A stretch of DNA of 56,487 bases, taken from Candidatus Eiseniibacteriota bacterium. GTDB taxonomy: Bacteria > Eisenbacteria > RBG-16-71-46. The translations under genes were made by a program, and so were the position numbers. The stretch covers positions 1 to 56,487 of the forward strand of contig JANLOX010000065.1 in the NCBI GenBank assembly GCA_031366795.1, given 5' to 3'. The notes beneath the pieces were generated by a model. It saw nothing but the letters and a program-made list of their open reading frames with translations. It searched no databases and was not told the DNA's origin. How positions within the stretch are numbered: position 1 is the stretch's first letter; every line of letters begins with the position of its first letter. This document shows positions 1-9,792 of this stretch, piece by piece.

Positions 1-11
1 ACGCCAAGGAA

Positions 12-350
12 ATGACGCTCGCCGGCGGGCTTAAGTATGTCGACCTCAAGGTGGGTGATGGCGACATCGCCGAGGCCGGACTCACGGCGACGGTGCACTA
101 CACGGGCTGGCTCACCGACGGCACGAAGTTCGACAGCTCGGTCGACCGCGGCCAGCCGTTCCCGTTCCGCATCGGCGCCAACCAGGTCATTCGCGGATGG
201 GACGAGGGCGTCAAGGGTATGCGCATCGGTGGCAAGCGGAAGCTGACGATTCCGCCGGACATGGGTTACGGCGCGAACGGCTACCCGCCTGATATTCCCC
301 CGAACGCAACGCTGGTGTTCGACGTCGAGTTGCTGGGCCTCGCGCGCTAG
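12..350 (+). CDS. FKBP-type peptidyl-prolyl cis-trans isomerase (N-terminus probably lies upstream of the window)
   Basis: [22 protein letters not shown] and [14 protein letters not shown] motifs; the frame is open to the window edge. Confidence 0.95.
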   Translation: MTLAGGLKYVDLKVGDGDIAEAGLTATVHYTGWLTDGTKFDSSVDRGQPFPFRIGANQVIRGWDEGVKGMRIGGKRKLTIPPDMGYGANGYPPDIPPNATLVFDVELLGLAR

Positions 351-372
351 CGCGACGCAGCGGTGTGTTGAA

Positions 373-399
373 GGGGGGCGGCCTCACGGTCGCCCCCCC
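373..399. terminator. GC-rich hairpin between convergent genes
   Basis: GGGGGGCGGCC-TCAC-GGTCGCCCCCC between stops at 350 and 407. Confidence 0.7.
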
Positions 400-406
400 G
401 ATTCAT

Positions 407-1099
407 TTACCGGGCGGCGCCCAGTCCCAGCGAGGCCTCACCCGACTCCGCTTCCATGTGCCGCAGCAGTGTGCGAATCGTGAGCACCGCGCCGAGCATT
501 TCGAGTCCCTCTTCCGTGACGGTGTAGAGCGCGTATGAGAATTGCCGCTTGTTCGACTCGTCGAAGAACTGGCTGGTCAGCAACTCAATGCCGACCGCAC
601 CCATGACGTACACGGCGCCTGAGATGATGAAGCCGTTGCGCGTGGGGGCGGGCAGGCGCATCGCCCAGGGCAGCATCCATGCAGCCACGACCAGCGCGAG
701 CAGCCCGAAGGGGATCGTCCACGAGATCGGCGACAACGAGTTGACGGTCTCGTGGAGCCCGGCGACTTCATCGAAGCACAGGTAGAGCAGGATCCACGAC
801 ACGGCTCCCCAGCGCGAAGCGTCCGCCAGCGTGAGCCTGCGCGCGCGGCTGGCGATCCCCGCGGCGAGGAGCGCCGCGAATCCGAGGGCGGCGGAGGAGT
901 ACCAGTTCGGCACCGACTGCTCTTCGTCCAGGTCAAACAGTTGCTGGATCTCCCACGGCGTGCGCTGGGCGGTGAAGCGGTCGTATTGCAGCAACAGGTG
1001 AATCGCGAGCAAGGCTCCCACGATCACCAGCAGCATCCGGGTGACCGTGGCCGAGTTGAACGTGAGCAGGTAAGGAGTAGGCGGGGGATTCGTGCTCAT
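407..1099 (-). CDS. Conserved-type multi-pass membrane protein, function unknown
   Basis: About 6 hydrophobic segments; LDEEQSVPNWYSS, FDEVAGLHE and EEGLEMLG motifs; ATG at 1099. Confidence 0.8.
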   Translation of the reverse strand: MSTNPPPTPYLLTFNSATVTRMLLVIVGALLAIHLLLQYDRFTAQRTPWEIQQLFDLDEEQSVPNWYSSAALGFAALLAAGIASRARRLTLADASRWGAVSWILLYLCFDEVAGLHETVNSLSPISWTIPFGLLALVVAAWMLPWAMRLPAPTRNGFIISGAVYVMGAVGIELLTSQFFDESNKRQFSYALYTVTEEGLEMLGAVLTIRTLLRHMEAESGEASLGLGAAR

Positions 1100-1558
1100 G
1101 CCAACGCGCTCCGGGTTTGAGGTGCGAATCCAAAGTGGCTTGGGACACTGCCGAGTGTGCACTTGTTCGACGGGACTGAACACGATGTTGCCGGCTCGCG
1201 TACTTGTAGATTGTAGACGAACGCCGAAAATCTGGAAGAAGCGCTTGGAGCCGATTGTCGAGCCATGCTAGTTTTCCGGCGCTGCACACGGGTTGCACTG
1301 TTGTCCCCCGGCTCCCGTGGATCGCCAGTGCGGACCAATTCACTGTGGTTCGCCTGCAAAACAAACCCCCAGGAAGTACCCCGCCGAGCGGCAGCGCAGG
1401 TTCGCCGCAAAGCGGAATGAGTCTTGCGGGACAGTAGTGCGCACGGCAACTGCTCGCCATTTCCGTGGCGATGTTGCGAGCCTGCGCGCCCGCGGTCCCG
1501 ATCAATCCATGATTCGTTGGCCCAGAGGGCCTCGAACCGCCTCACGGAGGTATCACGA

Positions 1559-1927
1559 ATGAACCAACACCTTGCTGCTCGCCGCTCGCGACTCACGGTA
1601 CTTGCCCTTGCGGCCGTTCTGGGATTGGCGCTCGTCGCCCTCACCCAGTGTCGCAGCATCACCGACACGGTGACGGGCGTCGATCTGCGCACGGCAGGCA
1701 GCCTCAGTGTCCGCAGTAGCTGCCAGCGCCACTGTAACTCGCAGTTCAAGGCCGGACTGATCGCCGAGGAGATCGGGTACCAGAAGGCGAAGCGCGCATG
1801 CGTCCGTGACTACGTGTGCAAGAAGCTGGCGGACCGTGAGCACTCCCAAAATGTGCGCGAGCTGCTCCAGGCCAAGAAGCGCTGCAAGCACTCCTGCTAC
1901 AACGAAGGGGCAGGCTCGGGCGCCTAG
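1559..1927 (+). CDS. Small Cys-rich putative lipoprotein
   Basis: GGAGG RBS at 1546-1550; signal peptide ending LTQC; six further Cys; hairpin follows. Confidence 0.8.
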   Translation: MNQHLAARRSRLTVLALAAVLGLALVALTQCRSITDTVTGVDLRTAGSLSVRSSCQRHCNSQFKAGLIAEEIGYQKAKRACVRDYVCKKLADREHSQNVRELLQAKKRCKHSCYNEGAGSGA

Positions 1928-1955
1928 ACGACCGGCGCATCGCAAGCACACCACG

Positions 1956-1982
1956 GAGGCCCCGTCGCAAGGCGGGGCTTTC
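1956..1982. terminator. Intrinsic terminator hairpin
   Basis: GAGGCCCCGTC-GCAA-GGCGGGGCTTT between convergent stops. Confidence 0.75.
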
Positions 1983-1997
1983 GTGTATCCCGTGGCG

Positions 1998-2890
1998 TCA
2001 GGGAGTAGACGGCCGCCGCGACATCATCAACAGCACTCCGCCCACGACCAGCGCCGAGCCGGTCATGCCCGCGGCCGTGACGGGCTCGTGTCGCACCACG
2101 ACGCCGAGCACTGTGGCGGTCACCGGTGTCACCACGGCGATGAAGCTCAAACGCGTCACCGGCCAACGCTGGAGAAGCCAGGTGTAAAGCACGAACGCCA
2201 CGCACGAGCCGGCGACCGCGAGGTACAGCAGCGGCAGGAGTTGCGCCGCGTTCGCGGGGATCACGTGGTGCTCGCGCAGAGCGAAGCTCCCCGCGAGACA
2301 GACGGCACAACCGACCCATGCGGCGATGGCGTTCGCGCCCAGTGCTGATTGCCGGGGCCCGCGCTTGAGCGCGATGCCTGAGGATGCGGCGCAGATGGCG
2401 CCGAGCAGAACCGCGGCGAGGCCCGGGATGGATGTTCTGTCGTGCAGCTGGCCGAGGAACAACACGCCCACGCCGCCGAACGCCAGCAAGGCCGCCAGCC
2501 ATTGCGCCGCGACGGGGCGCTCCATGCCGAGCATCGAAGCGGCGATCATGGTGGTCAACGGGATCGTGGCGTAGGTCACCGCGGTGATGCCTGAGCTGAC
2601 GCGCGTCTCTCCCCAGTACAACAGGCTCATGCCGAGCCCAAGATTCAGCACGCCGTAGAGCGCGGCCGTGCGCAACGCCGGGCCGCGTGGTAGCGATTGC
2701 CGCGTAAGCCGCGTGATCACGGTGAGCAGAGTGGCGGCGAGCACCAGCCGCAGGCTCGCGGCCCACAGAGGCGCAAGCGCGTCGTTCCCGATGCTGATGA
2801 CGAGAAAGGTGCTGCCCCAGATGGCCGCGCAGCCCAAGAACGCGGCCGCGCTGGGACCGGAGCCGGAGCGGCGGGAGTCTTCCGTTGCGC

Positions 2891-2894
<4 letters not shown>
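1998..2894 (-). CDS. EamA/DMT family transporter
   Basis: IWGSTFL start, two EamA halves, about 10 TM segments; likely TTG start overlapping the upstream stop (TTGA). Confidence 0.9.
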
Positions 2895-3819
<925 letters not shown>

Positions 3820-3823
<4 letters not shown>

Positions 3824-4758
3824 CGGATCCCTTTAGTAGGGGAGGCGGTGTCGCGGCGCCGCAGGTACTCGCACAACCCGGTGTGGCCCGTATCGTACGC
3901 GCGCAGCGCGGGTGTCCAGTGGGTCGTCGCCTCGACGGCATGCAAGTCGGCGCCATGGGCGAGCAGGGCGTCACACACAGGGCGGCTGCCCAGCCAAGCC
4001 GCCAGGTGGAGGGGAGTCCAACGGTGTTCGAGCACCGTGTTGACGATCGCGCGGTTGTGGTCGAGCACGGCGCTGGCGCCGGCGGAGTCCTGCGCGGCGA
4101 TGGCGCGCAGCAATGCGGCGACCGGGCGGCCGCGCACCAGCCCCAGGTCACGGTAGGCACCGAGCATCAGGGCGATCGGGATGTTGTAGGTGCGCCAGGC
4201 GTAGTCGAGCGCCGTCGATCCTGAACTCGACGGTGTCGACAGCACGGCGCCGTGTAGTACAAGGACATCGGCGAGGTCCGTGTAGCCGCCGACGGCGGCC
4301 ATGTGAAGCGGACGCAGTTCATCGAAGCCTTCGTCGCTGGGCACGCGCCCCTTCGAGTTGGGATCGGCGCGCTGCTCGAGCAGGGCTTCGGCCACCTTCT
4401 GGTGGCCCTTCATCACCGCGAGGAACAACGGCGTGACGTCCTGTTCGCCGCCGCGGGCATCGACGAAGGCGCCGCGCTTGACCAGCAGTTCAACGGTGCG
4501 CGGCTCGTCGGTCAGGGCCGCTGCGTGCAGTGCCGTGACGTCCTTCTTGAACTTGAGCGTCGCCAGCGAGGGCGTGTCGGTGAGCATATTCTTGACGGTC
4601 GCGGTATCGCCCGTGGTCGCCGCCTGCAGGAACACCAGCGCCGCAGGCGACACGGCAGCAGGCGGCGGCGCCGCAGCGTCGGCGGACACGCGTGCGGCGA
4701 ACGCTGCGGTCAACGCCAGAGTGGCCGCGAGGGCGAGCACTGGCGGGAAGCGCTTCAC
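3820..4758 (-). CDS. Exported ankyrin-repeat protein
   Basis: Signal peptide; repeated TALHAAA/TPLFLAV/PLHMAA/TPLHLAA ankyrin motifs. Confidence 0.9.
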
Positions 4759-6116
4759 GCGAATGCCTCGATCAGGCGCGCCATGTGCTGTGCATGCTTC
4801 ATATAGAGGTCGAGTCTCATGTTCTCGTTCGGGGCGTGAACGCGGCCCCCGGGGTAACCCAACCCGGCGGTCGCCACGGGGAGGCCAAGATCGTACACGA
4901 ACGGATAGTTCGGTCCCGAACCGCCCACCAACGGCACGATGGTCATCGGCGCCCCATACACGGGGGCCGCGAGCTCGCTCACCTGCTTGAGGAAGGGGTG
5001 GTCAGGGTCGGTGCGCGCCGGGGGTTCCTTGCCGAGGCACGTGATCTCGACGTCGCTGAAGCCATGCGCATCGAGGTGCCGCCGCAGTTGCTCGAGCAGC
5101 ACGTCCGGTTGCTGGTCCGGCACCAGCCGGAAATCCACCTTCGCCGATGCGACGCACGGTAGCACCGTCTTGGGGCCCGGCCCCTGGTAGCCCGAAGTCA
5201 GGCCGCAGATCGTGCAGGTCGGTTCGAACACTTCCGCGATCCGCAGTGCCGCGCCGCCTGTCAGCCCGCGCACGAAGGACCGCACGCCGTAGCGCTGTCG
5301 ATATTCGTCCGCGACCTCGGGAAGCGCTTCCATCAAGGCGCGGTCGCGCGCGGTCGGCGGCACCACGGTGTCGTAAAATCCCGGGATCGCCACGCGCTCA
5401 TCGATGCCCTTGAGCGTGCTCAATGCCCACGTAAGGCGCCAGGCCGCATTCGGGAAGATCGAGCCGCCGAGCCCCGAGTGTACGTCCTGCGACGCGCTGC
5501 GCACCGACAGCTCGACGTAGCAGATGCCACGCAGCCCGGCATACTGGAGCGGCTGGTCGCGGTGGTCCACGTAGCCGAATTCCCACACGCACGCGTCGGC
5601 CTTCAGCCGCTCGCGATGGTGGAGGATGAAATCATGCAGGTGGGCGCTGCTGGTTTCTTCTTCGCCCTCGATGACGAACTTGATGCTGCACGGCAGCTCG
5701 CCATACGCCGAGAGCACGGCGTCGATGGCGAACAGCCGCGCCATCAGGTGCCCCTTGTCGTCGCTGACGCCGCGGCCATAGAGCTTGCCGTCGCGCAGCG
5801 TGGCCTCGAAAGGAGGAGAGTCCCACTCGTCGAGCGGCTCCGCGGGCTGGACGTCGTAGTGGTTGTAGAACAGCAGGGTGCCTGGGCGCGTTCCCTTGCG
5901 CTCGGCGAGCACCACGGGCGCGCCGCCTGAGGGCAGCACTTCGGTTGTAAAGCCGCGGCGCGCGAGCATGGCGCGCACGAGTTCGGCCCCTTCATCGAGC
6001 CCGCGGTTCTGGGCGCCGACACTGGGAACCGCCACGAACTGCTTCAATTCCTCGAGGCTCGCATGGAGGTGCTGTTCGAGCCACCGGTCCACTTTCGGGT
6101 CATGCGTCGCGTCCAT
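4755..6116 (-). CDS. M20/M25/M40 family metallopeptidase (dipeptidase/ArgE-DapE-like)
   Basis: YNHYDVQP, GRGVSDDKG, EGEEE and HAPNE motifs; ATG overlaps the upstream TGA. Confidence 0.95.
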   Translation of the reverse strand: MDATHDPKVDRWLEQHLHASLEELKQFVAVPSVGAQNRGLDEGAELVRAMLARRGFTTEVLPSGGAPVVLAERKGTRPGTLLFYNHYDVQPAEPLDEWDSPPFEATLRDGKLYGRGVSDDKGHLMARLFAIDAVLSAYGELPCSIKFVIEGEEETSSAHLHDFILHHRERLKADACVWEFGYVDHRDQPLQYAGLRGICYVELSVRSASQDVHSGLGGSIFPNAAWRLTWALSTLKGIDERVAIPGFYDTVVPPTARDRALMEALPEVADEYRQRYGVRSFVRGLTGGAALRIAEVFEPTCTICGLTSGYQGPGPKTVLPCVASAKVDFRLVPDQQPDVLLEQLRRHLDAHGFSDVEITCLGKEPPARTDPDHPFLKQVSELAAPVYGAPMTIVPLVGGSGPNYPFVYDLGLPVATAGLGYPGGRVHAPNENMRLDLYMKHAQHMARLIEAFA

Positions 6117-7591
6117 CAGTAGGCTCCTTCGCCGCGGGCCACCACGCCGAGTGTCTTGATCAGCACGATCACGTCGAGCCACAGCGACCAGTTGCGAACG
6201 TAATATTCGTCGAGCCGCAGGCGCTGCGGGAACGGCACGTTGTTGCGTCCGCTGACCTGCCACAGTCCGCTGATGCCGGGAGGGGCCTTGACGACCGTGT
6301 CGCCGAAGGCATCCATGCGCTCGATCTCGCGCGGCAGGTAGGGGCGCGGGCCGACGAGACTCATCTCGCCGCGGAACACATTGAACAACTGCGGCAGCTC
6401 GTCGAGGCTGGCGCGCCTGAGCCAGCGGCCGGCGCGCGTCAGGCGCGGATCGCCGGAGCGCAGCTTGGCGAATTCATCCCATTCGGCGCGCGCCTTGGGA
6501 TTCGTCCCAAGATGCTGGGCGAGACGCGCGGCGTTGTCGGTGTACATGGTGCGGAACTTGAGGCAGAGGAAGCGTGACCAACCGCGCCCCACACGTTCCT
6601 GACGGAACAGCACGGGCCCCGGCGAGTCGAGCTTGATGGCGATGGCGATCAGCAGCAGCAGCGGCAGCAGCACCACGAACATCGCCGCCGACACCGCGAG
6701 GTCGAACACGCGCTTGATCGCGAGGTTCCAGGGTTGGGCGAGGTTCCAGCGCATGTGCAGCAGCAGCAGGCCGTCCAGGTCCTCAGTCTCGACGCCCACT
6801 GTCGCGAAGCCGAACAAGTCGGGGACCAACCGGATGCTCGAGACGCAGCCTTCGCACGAGGCGATGACTTCGAGCAGCCGCTCGCGCGAGACGCGTGGCA
6901 TGGCGATCAGCACCTCGGACACTTCGAACTCCCGCGCGAACCGCGGCACATCGCTCAAGGGTCCGACAACCGGCAGACCGGCGCGCTGGGGCCCGAGTCG
7001 CGCGGCATCGTCATCGACGAACGCCACGGGGGCGTAGCCGAGCGCCGGATGCCGGGCAATGCGGGCGCGCACATCGACGCCGGTTTCGCCCGCGCCGAGG
7101 ATCAGCACGCGCCGCCGCCACAGCCCCAGTCCCGCGAGCAAGCGCTTGGCCTGGTAGCGCACCACCGGCACCACGAACAACGTGGCGACCCACGTCAGCG
7201 CGAGCACGATGCGCGACAGCCGGATGCCGGAATGCGTCGCGAACGAGACCAACGTCGCGAACACGGCGGCCAGCGTGCAGGCCCGCAGGGCGCGCCGGGC
7301 CTCCTCCCAGAACAGCACGCGTCCCGTGTACAACCCCGCCTCGACGAACGCGAGCAGCCAGGGCAGCAGGAAGTACAGCGTCTGCAGGTAGGCGAATGGG
7401 CTGAGCAGCAGGGGCCCGAGCTCGGGGAACATCCCGCGCATCACCCGCTCGCGCACTTCCCACACCAGCAGCATGCAAGCGGCGACCGAACACCAATCGG
7501 TGAGTGCCAGCAACACCAGCGACAACGCGTAGCGCGCCTCGCCCCGCACGGCGCTGCCGCGGCGCGGACGGGCGTCCAGGCTCACGCTCAC
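6116..7591 (-). CDS. Undecaprenyl-phosphate sugar phosphotransferase (WbaP-like)
   Basis: N-terminal TMs, ILGAG Rossmann motif, KRVFD, KFRTM, DPRLT, LDELPQ, MSLVGPRP and GLWQVSGR; GTG start inferred. Confidence 0.93.
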   Translation of the reverse strand: MSVSLDARPRRGSAVRGEARYALSLVLLALTDWCSVAACMLLVWEVRERVMRGMFPELGPLLLSPFAYLQTLYFLLPWLLAFVEAGLYTGRVLFWEEARRALRACTLAAVFATLVSFATHSGIRLSRIVLALTWVATLFVVPVVRYQAKRLLAGLGLWRRRVLILGAGETGVDVRARIARHPALGYAPVAFVDDDAARLGPQRAGLPVVGPLSDVPRFAREFEVSEVLIAMPRVSRERLLEVIASCEGCVSSIRLVPDLFGFATVGVETEDLDGLLLLHMRWNLAQPWNLAIKRVFDLAVSAAMFVVLLPLLLLIAIAIKLDSPGPVLFRQERVGRGWSRFLCLKFRTMYTDNAARLAQHLGTNPKARAEWDEFAKLRSGDPRLTRAGRWLRRASLDELPQLFNVFRGEMSLVGPRPYLPREIERMDAFGDTVVKAPPGISGLWQVSGRNNVPFPQRLRLDEYYVRNWSLWLDVIVLIKTLGVVARGEGAY

Positions 7592-8427
7592 GCGCGCCCC
7601 GCGGCCGAACCTTGCCGGGGAGGAGGCATGGGCCGCCGGCCGCTGGCGCCCTGCTTTGCGAACATGCGGAGTTTGCTGAACATGTGAATCCACTTCCAAC
7701 GGCTGAGCAGGTTGCCGGAGCTGGCGCGATGGTGCGCATGGATCATGACCGATTCGGGAACGTAGTACACCGTCCAGCCGTGGGTCCACATCCGGTGGCA
7801 CCAGTCCTGGTCCTCGCAATAGAGGAAGTAGCCCTCATCGAGCAGGCCCGTTGCCTCGATCGCTTCGCGCCGCGCGATCAGTGAAGCGCCCAGCACCCAG
7901 TCGACATCGCGCACCGTGGCATGATCCCAGTCTTCCATCAGCACGCGGCGCTGGGGCGCGTAGTTCGTCAGGGAGCGCTCCAGTCCGAGACCCCGAAGCG
8001 CGAACAGGAACGGGGTCGAGAAGCCGCGGCATGACCATTGCAGCGAGCCATCGAGGTTGAGCAGCTTGGGACCCGCTATCCCGGCGTCCGGGTGGCCGTC
8101 CATGAAGGCGACCAGCGCATCGATCGAGTGCGGCTCGCAATGGACGTCGGGATTGAGCAGCAACACGTAACGCCCGCTGGCGCGCGCGATGGCCTGGTTG
8201 CAATTGGCGGCGAAGCCCCGGCGATGGTCGTTGCGGATCACTTCGGCGGAGGGGAACGCTTCACGCACGTGTGCCGCAGTGCCGTCCACGCAGGCATTGT
8301 CGACGACGATGACCTGCCGTGTGCAGCGCACCGTGTCATCGAGCACGCGCGGCAGGTTTTCGCGCAGGTCCGCCCAATGCTCGTGCGATACCGTGACGAT
8401 GGTGACATCGACCCGAGCGGGCAGCAT
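7588..8427 (-). CDS. Glycosyltransferase family 2 (WbbL-like)
   Basis: VVDNACVDGT, GFAANCNQ, LLLNPD and LDEGYFLYCEDQDWC motifs. Confidence 0.92.
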   Translation of the reverse strand: MLPARVDVTIVTVSHEHWADLRENLPRVLDDTVRCTRQVIVVDNACVDGTAAHVREAFPSAEVIRNDHRRGFAANCNQAIARASGRYVLLLNPDVHCEPHSIDALVAFMDGHPDAGIAGPKLLNLDGSLQWSCRGFSTPFLFALRGLGLERSLTNYAPQRRVLMEDWDHATVRDVDWVLGASLIARREAIEATGLLDEGYFLYCEDQDWCHRMWTHGWTVYYVPESVMIHAHHRASSGNLLSRWKWIHMFSKLRMFAKQGASGRRPMPPPRQGSAAGRA

Positions 8428-8432
8428 GCGGG

Positions 8433-8900
8433 TTACGAGGTGCCGGTGTGCCCGAATCCGCCGGCGCCGCGGTCGGTCGGCTCGAGTGTCTCGGCCAGCT
8501 CCCACTCGATGCGCGGCACCCGCGCCAGCACCAGCTGCGCGATGCGCATGCCGCGCTCGATCGCCAGCGGCTCGCGTCCGAGGTTGATCATCGCCACAAA
8601 TAGTTCGCCGCGGTAGTCCGAATCGATTGTCGCCGGGCTGTTGGCGAGCGTCACGCCATGCTTCGCGGCGAGCCCGGAACGCGGGCGCAATTGCACTTCG
8701 AACCCCGCGGGCACTTCGATGGCAAATCCGGTGGGCACCTTGGCGATCGCGCCCGGCGCCAGTTCGATGGGGGTTTCGACGGCGGCACGAATGTCCATGC
8801 CGGCAGCGCCCTGGGAGGCGTAGGCGGGGGCATCGATTCCCGCAGCGTGATCCAGCCGAAGCAAACGGACGCGAACCTTATGCGAATCGTGGGTCATCAT
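8433..8900 (-). CDS. dut: dUTP diphosphatase
   Basis: AGMD, RPRSGLA, TIDSDYRGE, RIAQ and RGAGGFGHTG motifs. Confidence 0.97.
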   Translation of the reverse strand: MMTHDSHKVRVRLLRLDHAAGIDAPAYASQGAAGMDIRAAVETPIELAPGAIAKVPTGFAIEVPAGFEVQLRPRSGLAAKHGVTLANSPATIDSDYRGELFVAMINLGREPLAIERGMRIAQLVLARVPRIEWELAETLEPTDRGAGGFGHTGTS

Positions 8901-8965
8901 AATGAGGAGCCGGGCTCTCAGTGAGGGAGGTTGCGCCGTGGATAACGATTACGAGTCTAACAGCA

Positions 8966-8997
8966 CCGCCCCGGCTCGTGCACGTGAGCCGGGGCGG
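8966..8997 (-). terminator. Hairpin downstream of the redoxin-like gene
   Basis: 12-bp stem CCGCCCCGGCTC / GAGCCGGGGCGG; weak U-tail. Confidence 0.55.
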
Positions 8998-9020
8998 AAG
9001 CGATTAATTCGTGGTGTGGT

Positions 9021-9587
9021 TCAGTTCGCGGCGGAAGGCGGCTCCGCCGCCTGAGGTGTGACGCCCATCGCTTCGAGCGCCGCTGCGGCGAGCGCGTTGG
9101 CGCGCAGAGTGCCTCGGCCACACGCGCGGATCTTTCCATCGCCGCCGATCACGAACCACGCAGTGGGGGCGAGCTCGCCGGATCCGTTCCCCAGCCCGAA
9201 CCCTTCCGCAATCGTGCCGTGCGGATCCGCCAGCAGGCTGTAGCTGAGCTTGAGCTGTGTCGCGATCCGCCAGACATCGTCATCGCGGTGCGTGAACACG
9301 GCCATCGGCGCCAGTCCATGGGCGGCCAGGGTTTCGCGTTGCGCTTCGAGCCCGCTCAACGTGGCGTCGTCGGGCGAAAAGACCATCACGATGGCGTCGC
9401 GTTGCAACATGTTGTGAAATTTCATCCAGCGATAATCGTAGGACTGGTAGTCGAAATCCGGGGCGGGGCCACCGACCTCGGGGGTGGAGGGTTCAGCTAC
9501 GGGGGCGACCGAATGGGATACAGGCATGGTGATATCGCCCGCAGCCGCCACGTTCAGCGCGGCTGCGAATAACGAGGGCCAAAGCAC
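9021..9587 (-). CDS. Exported AhpC/TSA (redoxin)-fold protein lacking the active-site Cys
   Basis: G.PAPDF, LLADPHG.IA..FG and TAWFVIG.DGKIR motifs; GGAGG before the GTG start. Confidence 0.75.
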   Translation of the reverse strand: MLWPSLFAAALNVAAAGDITMPVSHSVAPVAEPSTPEVGGPAPDFDYQSYDYRWMKFHNMLQRDAIVMVFSPDDATLSGLEAQRETLAAHGLAPMAVFTHRDDDVWRIATQLKLSYSLLADPHGTIAEGFGLGNGSGELAPTAWFVIGGDGKIRACGRGTLRANALAAAALEAMGVTPQAAEPPSAAN

Positions 9588-9645
9588 GCAAAAGCCTCCG
9601 GGGTCTGGTCACGATCGGGGAAGGACGGCTGCAGGGGAACTTCCG

Positions 9646-9674
9646 GTATCGGCAAGGGGACCCGAAAACTTGAG
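9646..9674 (-). promoter_or_regulatory. Putative sigma28 (FliA/WhiG-type) promoter for the redoxin-like gene
   Basis: Minus strand CTCAAGTTTT-N11-GCCGATAC resembles TAAAGTTT-N11-GCCGATAA. Confidence 0.55.
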
Positions 9675-9792
9675 CGGGAAAAAAACGAAGGTCGCGCCGC
9701 GGCCCGCATCCCTGTAATCTGTTAGCGGGATTACCCGACGCCACAACACCGAATCCGGGGCTTGTCTGTGCCCCTAGAGGAGTGCACGAACG

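Noticed and set aside
1204-1297. TTGTAGA tandem and a sigma54-like CTGCAC-N5-TTGCA
   Set aside because: The invariant GG is absent and the 7-mer tandem is too short to support a call
9583-9640. ACGCAAAAGCCTCCGG resembling part of a c-di-GMP-I riboswitch
   Set aside because: The upstream GGCAAAC/GNRA stem is missing; the sequence is explained by the start and RBS of the minus-strand gene
9714-9774. Two small hairpins in the speA leader
   Set aside because: Short stems are expected by chance at this GC content; no known motif
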